Below are positions 35,916 through 47,000 of a DNA stretch of 64,000 bases, piece after piece. Origin of the DNA: Mesotaenium endlicherianum (lineage: Eukaryota); contig WELA01002258.1 of the NCBI GenBank assembly GCA_009602735.1, positions 78,746-142,745 of the forward strand, written 5' to 3'. The first letter of the stretch is position 1, and each line of letters begins with the position of its first letter. The notes beneath the pieces were generated by a model, which had not been told where the DNA came from, made no database searches, and saw nothing but the letters and a program-made list of their open reading frames with translations. Made by a program: the position numbers and the translations under genes.

Positions 35916-36296
35916 TGTCATGATTTATTGCGTCGAGGTTGTCATATAAAAATCAAGCTCCACATGTGCGAAACATCAACCTAGGAAGGCCGACTTTGCA
36001 TTGACTTTACGCATCCGTATGTTGACCTTTTCTAGATTTCCAAGTCACCAACGTGTAGCGCGTCAAAGCATCTTCCAAATGACACCAATTTCGCGTCATT
36101 TGGTCAAGTATCGAGCGAGATAGGTGCGATCTAGTCCGCGTCACCTACCGGGCCCTAGCGAACTTTCCCAAGGCCCAATTTGTGACTCAATGTCCCCAAA
36201 GGTGACATTGTTGGCTCTTCGTGACCCCAAGCTTTGTGCGCACAAATCCGCGAGCCCCTTAGCCTACATGGGCTTTGCATTTCCATAGTATATGTG
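35916..36296 (+). repeat. Truncated 3' LTR of element A
   Basis: Matches 23755-24136; similarity stops abruptly at TATGTG (36296). Confidence 0.9.
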
Positions 36297-37249
36297 TGCA
36301 GCGTGCTTGCTGCCTTAGCCACTTCCTTTTCCTTGTGCTGTCGAGCGTCTGCTTCCAGCAACTGCTCCATGATCTGCCTTGTAATGGATTCAGCTGTCTG
36401 ACTAGCTAAGCCCTGCTGTTGCCCCTAGCCTGCGGCTCTGGGCTCATCAAGGCAGGTGTTATAGATAATTTCTTGTCCAACTCCTCCGGGCGTTCTTGAA
36501 TATCACTTCAAGGCATATGGTCTTTGCGGCCCTCCAGAATCTCCTGAATTTTGGCTACTCTCTTCAGCCCATTCACCAATATTGCATTAGCGTTCTCGCC
36601 CTAATACTTGGTTTAGATTATATCCAATTTCTTCAGGCGTTGGCTCTGGGGTCTTATTCTCAGACTCTTCTGACATGTCTTGTAACGGCGCTTGCTCTGG
36701 TGAAGACAATGGACACTTTTGGTTAGCTTCCCAACTACTTGAGCTTTCCTGCCAGTAGTCTCCGTGCCCAGCTGCTCTTGGGCTGAGGTGGGTATCATAC
36801 TTTGATATGGCATCTTCTGGAGTCTCCTCACGTCTTGATGTTGTGGCTCCGGAAGGTGGGCTCCCAAACATCCGACTGTGAGTGGCGTTTCTCACAGATG
36901 ATGGGGTGTCCTGCGTATCGTCTTCTACTCTTGGCAGCGGCGTTGCTTGCTCAGGTGCCTGGTCCCCCTTTGGTGTATCCTCTCTTTCCAGAGGTGCTTG
37001 TAATTCATTGGTCCCGGTATCGATCTGGTCCAACAGATCCTGGCATCTCATCAATTCAGCCACCCTAGCTTCCCTGAATGCTCTGTCTCTGGCAGCTTTC
37101 GCTGCGTCTTTTTGCACACCGGATTCTTTTTGTTGCTGATGTGCCGTCTTGATAGCCCTTTGATTAGATGTTGGCACCACATGGGCCCCAATTGTCACTG
37201 GTCTTGGCCTCAACATAGGCTTGTCAGTGAAGGTCAACTGCTGCCACGT

Positions 37250-38215
37250 CATGATTGTTTCCACCAACCAAGTCATAGAGTGCTGCCCAATCATGTTGCC
37301 GAAAATCTTTGCAGCTTCATCTGACCCTACAGCACCGGCTACATGCCAAGCTATGGTGTCGGGTATTCCAAGGCATTTGCCCTTCTCCACCGCTGTAGGC
37401 TCTCTCCAAACGGCGTCTCTTTTATGCATGTCTTTGACCATTCCTTGCCCACCTTCTATGAAGGCTCGGGATCTTGGATATGTTGTGAAGGTGGGCAGTA
37501 CCACCCTTGGCTGACCTAGTTCGTTGATGACACACTTTGGATAGGAATCCCTCCTGGCCACTGGTTTGGTATGCACCGCCAGCGCCTCTACCACTGTCAA
37601 TGCCGTTGGTTATCGCCGTGTAATGTCCTCCATCTCTCTCAGGATCTCAATAGACATGCCGTTGGTCCAAAATACTCTGGCCCTATGGGATAATCCTCCG
37701 TGCTTGGCGTCGTTGATTAGCACATGATGGCCCAAAGTGACGTCGAAAATCAGCCATGGTTCTCCTGGCTTCATCTGCTTGTAATCCATTCCCGGATGCA
37801 CATTCTCAATCACAAACACTGGTGGGTAGAAGTGCCGTCGTTCCCGCAGCATGCTGATGATTGTCACCATCCATCCCCAGTGTTGTGCTCGTGGATCACT
37901 GAATCCCCTCCTGTTTCCACCTTGAGAAAACGGTTGACAAGGAAATCCAACAAAGGTCCAATCAATTTTTTAGTCATACAGGCCTTCAGGCTTCACATCA
38001 ATAAAGTTGCCTCCGGGGATGCGCTTGACATTGCTATATGCGAGCACCAACCCTTTAAAATGATGCATTTGCCGCATCTGACTCATGACTTCTCTGAATG
38101 CTAGAAAAGCGTGGTTGTCATTGTCCACATACAGGACTTTGGCCACCTGTATTCCTCGCTGGATCAATGCTATAGTCCCAGACCCAAGTCCGGCAAATAA
38201 TTCCAACACCACTAC
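37250..38215 (-). pseudogene. C5 cytosine methyltransferase domain of element B (two in-frame TAA stops at 37970-37972 and 37610-37612)
   Basis: One continuous frame: VVVLELFAGLGSG...LYVD, *KIDWTFVGFPCQPFSQGG..GFSDPR, VIENV, HRARVFWTN, WREPTAVEKGKCLGIP, FGNMI. Confidence 0.85.
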
Positions 38216-38519
38216 TTCCCTTTTGCGAAAAGGATCTTCCATCCTGACAATGCCTTGCGGCAACGGCTCAACTCCAGGCATCAGATTTGCAGTGGAGGTA
38301 ACTGGGTGGGGTACTAACAGCAACTCTTGCGGGCCGCGGTCCCTATTACTCACAGTTTCCAGCTGCTTCATGATCCGGGGTTGCCATACCAAGGGTGTTG
38401 GCATGTTGATGCTCGTATAACTTTCCTCTTTTTGCTTCATGATGTTGTTGCAGGCTTTTGGGTACCTGTCGTTAACGCAGCAGTCTAGCAGTCCATAGTT
38501 TGGTTCTCTTGTGCAAACC

Positions 38520-40957
38520 ATCTTCACAGGTATTTCTCCTGCCGACTGTCGATCTGTTGACTGGTAAGTCACCCTCCGCTTCCGCAGATCAATGACCATA
38601 CCCAAGGAGATCAGCGCTTTTGTTCGCAAGAGAACATCATAGTTCTCTGCATCCGTCACTGTGCACTCCATGAGAAGTGACGCCTCTTCAAGTTTCCCTG
38701 GCTTTACTGTGATTTTCACAGGCTTGCGGGTAATCCCGCAAGACTTTGAGACTTGTCTTGAGGCAATTCTGAACTGGAAAGGACTCTCTTTCAGGTCCCT
38801 TGCCGTCAATCCTAGAGCTTTCACAGCTCGCTTTCCCAAGATGACTGGCTGTGCGCCTGTATCCAACAGAATGTTGGGAGCTACCCAATTGTTGAAGATT
38901 AATGCACCATCCCAATTTTGCACTCTCACGGTGCTGAAATTGATGGGCAATGAGGCGCTATTTGCACCTTCTCCAGCTATATCCAGCTGATGTCCGGCTT
39001 CTTCAACCGTGCACGGGTAAGTGATATGCAAATCAGCGAGAGAAAGCAAAGAAGCATGCTGGATCTGGTGTTCCACCACGGCCTTCAGCTTCTCCAGCAA
39101 AAAACTAAATGTCTTACGCGTCCCGGGCCTGGCTTGTCGTAGCTGCGAGATCTCATTTTCATCCAGAGTGATCCGAAAAGTCTGAGGAAGCTTCCCAGCG
39201 TTCCTTGGCACCAGACGGTTGTGATCTGCTTGCTCGGCAACCGTTGCGTCCACAGCCTTTTCAAGCATCAGCTTCTCGCCTTTGCAGACGCTCTTTTCTG
39301 CAATATCTGCATCATAGTAGACATTGGGCGCATTTAGTTTCGCAAACTGAGCTTTTAACTCAGAGATTTTTACACTCATAGCTTCATACTTCTGGTTACC
39401 CTTGCCACCCTTTTCTTTCCTTTTTTCCTTGTTTGCCTCTTTCAAGGCAGCATTTGCCCATGGCGATTTTTGGGTTCTTAGACCAGCACTCATCTTGTGA
39501 GTGTCCCTTCTTGCTGCAATGTGCACATATCTACGCCTTGCTAGCAGATAGTTGCTTAGCATCTGGTTACGAACAATCCCTCTTCTGATGTCCTGATTTC
39601 CTGCAATTCCAACAGTGTTGGCATGCTTAGCAAACTTATTGAAAGACCCGCTCTTTTTCTTAAACTGAAAATTAGAGCTGTTGGCCTTAGACGGAGAGGA
39701 TTCCTACCTCCTCTCAGGAGCCATAAGCGTCCTGGAAGCCACTTTGTACGACACTCTACCTTCTTCAACATTGCGTGCTATTTCAGCCGCCTCGTCGCTG
39801 TCCCAGTCAATCCCGTGCTTTGCGGACAGATGTGGCCTGACTTCACGATCTGTTTCCTTGCCCAAGCACAACAGAAACTTGTCAGCCACTATTTTGGGCT
39901 CGTATTTTTTGCCTTTTTGGCGAGGTCTACCAATCGGGATTTAACCTCCATGACTGTCTCGTTCTTCTGACGGACAAAATGCACATAACGGTGCACCTTA
40001 AGATTGCGATCTTTTGGGAATCGTGCTTCACGCAACTTAAAGAAACGACGCAGACAATGCTCGGGGTCTAGCTAGTCATCCCCAGCCTCCATATCCTTAC
40101 AACAGCTAGCCAAGCCTTGCGCATGGCTTGCCTCTGTCGTGGCGCTATCACCTTGCTGACCCTGAAGAGGTGCAGCTCTGCGTGTTACTCAGCAATCTTT
40201 TCAGACAATTTTGCACACACCTTTCGCAATTCTGCGACAGAGCCGGCATCATCGTTCTGAGTAGCAACCCTTTGCTGACCCTCAGTGAGTTGCCTCATGG
40301 CCTCTGTTAATTCTTGTGTTAGTGCAGCTAAGTCTATGCTCTCAACAGGTGCAATTGGACTGCTCTTCCTGAAGATAAAGCAGACATTTGGGCTTTCGCA
40401 GCCTCTTCCTGGATTTTCAAATCCCTAGCCCTTTTTTGTTCTCCAATTGCCCATTCCTGGGTGAGATCCTCATTCTTCCGGAATTGGCGATATAACAGCA
40501 AGGCATCCTTGTCCAAGTACTGAACCAAGCCTATAAATGCGACAGGTTGCGTATAAGAAGAATCCTTCCGAATCTTCTCAAAGAATTCTGCCCAATAGAT
40601 CTCATCAAACTCTTCGAAAGTGAGACCGTTTCCACTGGTTCGTCCGCTAAAACACTTTGCAGACAGCTTGAACTTAGGATTTTCATCCCGATCATCACCC
40701 GCCATTTCGAACGGTGACGAGGACTCACTAACTCTACTCCACACGTCTTGCTCTCTGCCCAAATCAGGTGCAAAAGCTCGTGTGTTATCCGGGTTCTCAC
40801 CGCTTGCGGGGATATGACGAGACTCGTCGCTCGACGGTTGCTCACTCCACCGCTTGTCAGTATGCTCAGACGTCTCACCTCCTGGTGGACTTTGGCTAGA
40901 ATCAAAACCTTCTGCAGACTCCACAGAGGGGCAGAGTCTTCCACTCCTGAACCGCAT
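38520..40957 (-). pseudogene. Degenerate gag and aspartic protease of element B
   Basis: MRFRSG start at 40957. VQYLDKDAL and HFVRQKNETV align with element A MRYLSHEAR and HFFRRKNETI. Protease ILLDTGAQPVILG at 38863. Several stops and frameshifts. Confidence 0.75.
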
Positions 40958-41286
40958 ATACAGTTGGATTTCTCCGGGTCCCCTTCCAGGTTGAACACCG
41001 GCAGCCTTCACAGGCCTCAATCTCCAATTGACTCAAGAATTCTTGTTTACTTGAACCAATCAATGAGTTCTCAAAAGTAAGGCAGCGTCTTACTTCCACA
41101 CAGGCTTTCACCCAAGTTCAGGATTTACAGAATGAAAAAATATTGTGGTTTGCAGAAATCACATCTAAGCAGCTTAATTGGCAATGCCGCATTCAAAGAA
41201 AATTGCCCTTCAAGGCTTTCGCTTAACTTCCACAAGTCACAGCTTACAAAACTCTGAAATGGCACATCTATGCTGGCCTGGTCTGA

Positions 41287-42030
41287 TGAATTGAATCGAC
41301 TTACCAAATAGGCGATTAACAATTAATAAAGATCCTTATATCAGCAAGTAATCTTATGGTATTTCCGTTAACTAGTTAAACGGCAAAGGACAATACACTA
41401 GCAGGGAATAATACTCGTAAGTCAAATACGAGTAAACTAGCATCAATGATGCAAATCAGTAAACTCATACATAAGCAAGGTTAGAAGACAGTGCGTATCA
41501 ATGGCTTCTCGCCTTGGATTCAGAGTTCTCTCAGTAAGCTGTACAAGAGAGTTGGCCTCGTTTCCGAATGCCGAACTCGAGAGCAATGCCTAGCGTATGT
41601 ACATGGAATGAGTTTACTGTTCAACGGTCAGTGCGATGGCACCGCCTACCCGGGAGTTAACCACGTTGGTAGGACCTCGGTTAACCAAATCCACCGCCAT
41701 CTCCCATCATCCCGAATAGCCATCCATCATAGGGATGTCATCTGGCCATTCATCTAGCATATCGCACTTAGATGCATATCAAGGCAGTTCGCTGCTACCG
41801 AGTACGGAAGTCAGCTGGCTGTCAAAGAATGTGTCAGCAAGCTGACTTAAGTTGACTTCAGCCTGCTGCTTTTGGCCGAGTCATTAAACTGATAATTATG
41901 TAAAGTCCAGCAGACTGATTATTAACTAAAGTTCAGCAGGCTGAATACTAACTAAAGTTCAGCAGGCTGAACTAAATTAACTATTATATTTAAATGAATA
42001 TTATATCTACTAATATACTGATTCATTACA
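41287..42030 (-). repeat. 3' LTR of element C (744 bp, with an extra ~25-bp tandem unit at ~41924-41973)
   Basis: High-identity copy of 49386-50105. Confidence 0.95.
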
Positions 42031-42143
42031 ATCCCTCCAACTTAACTTGTTGTCGCCTCGACAACATTAAACTGCAAAAGCTTTAAATAAAGAAACTGAC
42101 CCTGACCAGCCTCCCTTACTGACTATCTTTTCAGCCTGTCACC

Positions 42144-43820
42144 TTAAGGGGTGGTTCCTGGGGCTTCAGGATCAGGGGACGGAGATCTGGACCTAGATCT
42201 GGACAGCCCTCTAGGTCTGTCAGCTGGCCTTCTAAAGAACCCGGTTTGCTCTAAAGTTGGACCTCGAGGAGAACGAAGGATGGTAGCCTGCTCTTCAACC
42301 ACTTGGGTGTTGATGCCCACATAGACAGGCATTCCAGTAGGATGCTGAAATACATTGGCTAGAGGTACATGCCCCTGAGCGGAGGGGGAGGCTGGCATAC
42401 CTCTGGCCCACCCGCGTGTCCCTCTTCTGGCACCCCTGTCCTCTGGGGATTTCTGTCTGTGTCTGCTGCCCAGTACAGTCAGATCAGCTTCTTCCCCTGC
42501 TTGGGCAGGTGGGCTGGGGGAGCGAGCGCGGGGTCCAGTTGTCGCCATAACGGGGATCACATTCCACACACCTGATCGTGGTTCTTTAGGAAGTGCCACT
42601 GCCTGTCCCTGGGTATCCTGAGTACCTGCTGCTGATGCTTCTCCTCTGCCTTGTTCTTCTTCCTCATCCTCCTCATCCTCCTCCTCGGAGAGAGTAGGGG
42701 TCTCGTCCACTAAGTCGTCCTGCTCCCTAGTAGACATGGAGTAGTCTACCGACCTCCCTTTCTTAGGGCGCGCTGGAGGTTGCTTGGCCTTCAGCCTACT
42801 GATATCTATCCGGCCTGCATTCTTTGCCCATTTGACAAAGGCATGCTTTCCCTTAGAGAAGTAGTCTCTTCCCCTCCTCCTATGTTCCTTGGTCTCTGCA
42901 TTCATATTGCTCAGGCATCCATTCAGCCTGGGGTCCCAAGGGGCAATGTGAGGTGGTAGGATGAGATAGCCGTCTAGGCCATAGTGGAAGTCATCCGGTT
43001 GGGCTCGGTCACACTCCTGCTTCTTATTTGTGACGGTCATCCACCTCCAGTCTGTTGGCTGCTGGTAGTACTGGGGTCCGTGCTCAGCCTTCCTCAGTTT
43101 ACACGGGAACCAGTGGGGAGAGAACATCTGCTGTCCTGCTTCCCTGGCCAAGTACTCCCAGCTCCTTCTCTCAACTTCATTGTAAGCTGGCAGGAGTGTG
43201 AGGTAGAATACCGTATCCTTAAAGCTATCGGGCCGCATGCTCACCATCCGGATGAGTCTCTGATCTCCCACTATTCCCGGTATGGGGACCGGCTTGTCCT
43301 CTGAATCATCTGCGAGATACCGGGCCTGCTCTGCTGTATAGCCCACCATCTTAGCATAATCTTCGTAAAGGACCACGCCGGTGTGTGTCTCGATGTACCT
43401 GTCCAGTGCTGTAGCTCCTTCCTTCTGTAGCAGTGTTGTCTGTTCCAGCCTGTTGATCTCCTGGGCTGCCAGCAATGCTTCCTTCAGGTTATCGAAGTTT
43501 TGGCCACCCACCACAGTATACCTGTAAGTGGCCAAGCTCTTCTGTCTGTCCGCTTCAATCTTTTTTCTTTTCTCCTCTTCTGCCGCTGCCGCTTCTTCTT
43601 GCTGTTTCTTCTGTCTCTCCTCCTCAGCCTTCCTGAGGTTTTCCGCTTCCTGATCCTTCTTCCTCTGTGCCTCTTCTGCCGCCTCTTGTTGTTTGCGGAC
43701 CCTTTCTTGTTCTCTCCTGGTGAGGGACGTCGCCGCCAGCTCCTTCTGGTATTGCTCCATTGTCCTCCTGGCTTCTTCTGCCTTGCGCTTTCTGTCCTCC
43801 TTTTGTGTGGTGGGCGCCAT
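42144..43820 (-). CDS. Element C ORF3, 558 aa, unknown function (E/K/R-rich helix, globular core, basic and acidic tracts, SR-rich tail)
   Basis: Uninterrupted ORF between pol and the 3' LTR on the element strand. ATG at 43820 lies 1 nt after a TACTAAC...TGCAG acceptor. Confidence 0.75.
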   Translation of the reverse strand: MAPTTQKEDRKRKAEEARRTMEQYQKELAATSLTRREQERVRKQQEAAEEAQRKKDQEAENLRKAEEERQKKQQEEAAAAEEEKRKKIEADRQKSLATYRYTVVGGQNFDNLKEALLAAQEINRLEQTTLLQKEGATALDRYIETHTGVVLYEDYAKMVGYTAEQARYLADDSEDKPVPIPGIVGDQRLIRMVSMRPDSFKDTVFYLTLLPAYNEVERRSWEYLAREAGQQMFSPHWFPCKLRKAEHGPQYYQQPTDWRWMTVTNKKQECDRAQPDDFHYGLDGYLILPPHIAPWDPRLNGCLSNMNAETKEHRRRGRDYFSKGKHAFVKWAKNAGRIDISRLKAKQPPARPKKGRSVDYSMSTREQDDLVDETPTLSEEEDEEDEEEEQGRGEASAAGTQDTQGQAVALPKEPRSGVWNVIPVMATTGPRARSPSPPAQAGEEADLTVLGSRHRQKSPEDRGARRGTRGWARGMPASPSAQGHVPLANVFQHPTGMPVYVGINTQVVEEQATILRSPRGPTLEQTGFFRRPADRPRGLSRSRSRSPSPDPEAPGTTP

Positions 43821-44087
43821 CCTGCACATGTAACCAGGGCACAAGTTAGTAGGATATGGACCTTTGTCATAGGGATTGCAGGAAGTATGTTAGTATTTAG
43901 TATAGTGGCTTCGCTGCTGTTTACCTTACAGGATGATTGCTAAAAGTTGACGTAGTTGCGATGCGCTACACATAAACGTATGAGTGTGTTTTTATCGCTC
44001 TCGCTCACTAACTGTCATATATTTTCCCCTCCAACTTAAATGGAGACAGGACCGCCTGTCACCTTCCCGTGTCAACTGAAATGACAG

Positions 44088-47000
44088 TTATGGAGGGACT
44101 CCAGCGGCCCGAAGGTGGAACCGTGTCAACGCCCCTTTGGCATTGGTCAAGTGGTCCTTAAACTCCCAAGTGTCCCCAGAGGCATCGTAACCCTTCCATC
44201 GAATGAGGTATTTCATGACATATTTAGACGATCGACGGACCGAGCGAGCGTCTAAAATCTCATCGACCTCATATTCCTCAGGGTCGCCGTCCCGGACAGC
44301 GGGGACCGGTCCCGGTTGGACAGGGAACCGACCTGTGAACAGTGTATCACCTTTGATGTACGGTTCCAGGAAGGAGACATTAAAGACCGGGTGCCCCTTG
44401 TATTCAGCTGACATGTTCAGTTTGTAAGCATTCTGACCGACACGACGGACCACCGAATATGGACCGACCCAGACAGGGCCAAGCTTTTTCTTGACCACAC
44501 CAGGGAGGTACAGGTGCTGAGAATGCAGTTTGACTAAATCCCCCTTGGAAAATGTCAGTTCCCGACGGTGTTGATTAGCGTATTTTTGTTGGTTTTCTTG
44601 GGCCGTGTGCAAGTTTCGTTGGACTTCTGACAGGGTGTCAGCAAACTCCTGAGTTAACTGGAGGGAGACCGGGTTGTCAATCCCTTCAGGGTGAGTTAAA
44701 GATTCCCCTAGCACATCTAGAGGAGACTTAGGGACTCTACCCAGGCTGAGTTCAAAAGGAGTTTTGCCCGTTGACGCGTGCACCGCACTGTTGACCGCAA
44801 ACTGAATTTGAGGCAACAGGTCATCCCAATTATCTTGTTTTTGGTTAATATATGCTCTCAGCACCTCCTGCAGAACTCGGTTAGTTCTTTCAGTCTGCCC
44901 ATCAGTCTGAGGGTGGTTTGCTGTGCTGAGCAGCTGTTTGACTCCCATTAACCCCATTAAAGCTCTCCAGAACTTAGAGGTGAATTTTGAGTCTCTGTCT
45001 GAGATGATATTAGAAGGGAGCCCATGTTGGCATACTACATGGTTGTAAAACTGTCTCGCTGTTTCGAGTGCAGTCACTTTGACAGTTGTGGGGATAAAAA
45101 TGACCATTTTTGTCAGTTTATCCACGACTACCAGTATTGAATCATGCCCGTTGGCAGTTCTTGGTAGTGAGACCACCCAGTCCATGGATATAGTTTCCCA
45201 GCGTCCCGCTGGGATGGGTAGCGGTTGCAAGAGACCTCCGGGTGGTGTGTGCCGAGACTTATTTCTCTGACACTGGTCACAGGACTTGACATATTTCAAG
45301 ACCTCCCGGGGTAACCCCTCCCAATGATAATGTTTTGCCAGTTTGCCAACAGTTTTGGCCTGCCCCAAATGTCCACCCAGGAGACTGTCATGAGCTTGAC
45401 TCAGTAAGAGAGACCTTATTTCCAAATTATTAGGAATGACCAGCTTCAGCCTGCCTGAAGTGGTTTCAGTCACCCAGACCCCTCCCTTGAGCTTATACCC
45501 GAGTGCGGTAGCACGACACATACCAGTAGTGGGGCTGGGCTCAAATGTTGGGTCAGAAAGGTAGGCTTTCCTAAGTTGTTCAAGGAAGGACTTTTTCACC
45601 TTTAGTGAAGTGAGTGCACACAGGACTTTATCTACAGCATGCTGACTAAAGTTCCTTTCTTGCAAGTCAGGTCTTCTAGAGAGTGCATCAGCAGGATTCA
45701 ACTTCCCTGGTTTGTAGTCGATCTGGACTTGGAACTGCTCCAGCATCTGGCTCCAGCGGTTCTCCCTCCTCGACAGCTTGGACTTCTTCTGAAAGTGGGT
45801 CAGAGCTAGATGATCTGTAATCACCTTAAAAGCTTTACCATGTAAGTATGCTCTCCACTGTTTGAGTACATGAATGATAGCTAGCAGCTCTTTATCATGC
45901 ACTGAGTAATTAATCTCCGCTGGATTAAATTTCATAGACTCATACAACACAGGATGCCACTCCTGCCGTACCTTACCATCCTTTGTGGTTTTGTCAGCAG
46001 GCTGCAACAAAATAGCACCCATGGCAAAATCAGAGGCATCAGTAACCACCTGCACCGGTTTGCTGGGGTCATACACGGCTAGCACTGGGGCAGAACAAAG
46101 GGCATCTTTAAGGGTCTGGAAGGCAGCCTGCTGCTCTTCCCCCCACACATACCCGATGTCTTTCTTAGTAAGGTCAGTCAGTTTACTGGCCTTTGTGGAA
46201 TAATTCTCAATAAATCTCCTATAGTAGTTAGCCAACCCGAGGAAGGATCTAACTTCAGAGACAGACTGTGGTACTGGCCAGTCCCTTATGGTCTGGACTT
46301 TCTTAGGATCCACACTGATGCCCTCTTTACTGACAACGTGGCCTAAGAATTCAATACTTTCCTTAAAGAAATCACACTTGCTCATTTTAGCATACAAGTG
46401 ATTTTTCCGCAGAGTGTCCAGCACTTTCTTTAAGTGTTCAGTGTGCTGAGCTTCATCTTTAGAGAAAATTAAAATATCATCCAGGAAAACTTGCACAAAC
46501 TTATCCAAATAAGGTCTGAAAATGTCATTCATAGCACCCATAAAGGTAGCAGGAGCATTAGTCAGTCCAAATGGCATCACGTTGAACTCATAGTGTCCAT
46601 AACGTGTGCGGAAAGCAGTCTTGTGTTCATCCCCCTCAGCAATTCTGATTTGATGATAACCACTCTTGAGATCTATCTTACTGAACACCTTAGCGCCAGA
46701 CAGGGTATCAAGCAAGTCCTCGATTCTGGGTAAAGCATACTTGTTCTTTACTGTAATTCTGTTCAGGGCTCTGTAATCCACACACATCCGCATACTGCCA
46801 TCCTTTTTCTTAACAAATAGGATAGGTGCGCCGTACGGTGATTTACTGGGAGAAATGTAACCATTTTCCTCCAGCTCTGCAATCTGTGTTTTCAACTCCT
46901 CACTCTCCAAATAAGACAAGCCATACGTGCGTTGCCAGGGTGGCTGGCTACCAGGTAATAAATCAATCCTATGATCTACTTCCCGCTTAGGGGGTAGTCC

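Larger units (their letters stand above)
23755..36296 (+). mobile_element. Element A: Ty3/Gypsy LTR retrotransposon carrying a DNMT3-like methyltransferase and an integrase-PHD finger; degenerate, 3' LTR truncated
   Basis: Direct repeats starting TGTCATGATTTATTG at 23755 and 35916. Domain order gag(2xCCHC)-PR-DNMT-RT-RH-INT-PHD. Several frameshifts. Confidence 0.92.

Noticed and set aside
42144..43820. ORF3 as an envelope glycoprotein
   Set aside because: No signal peptide, transmembrane segment or fusion-protein features.
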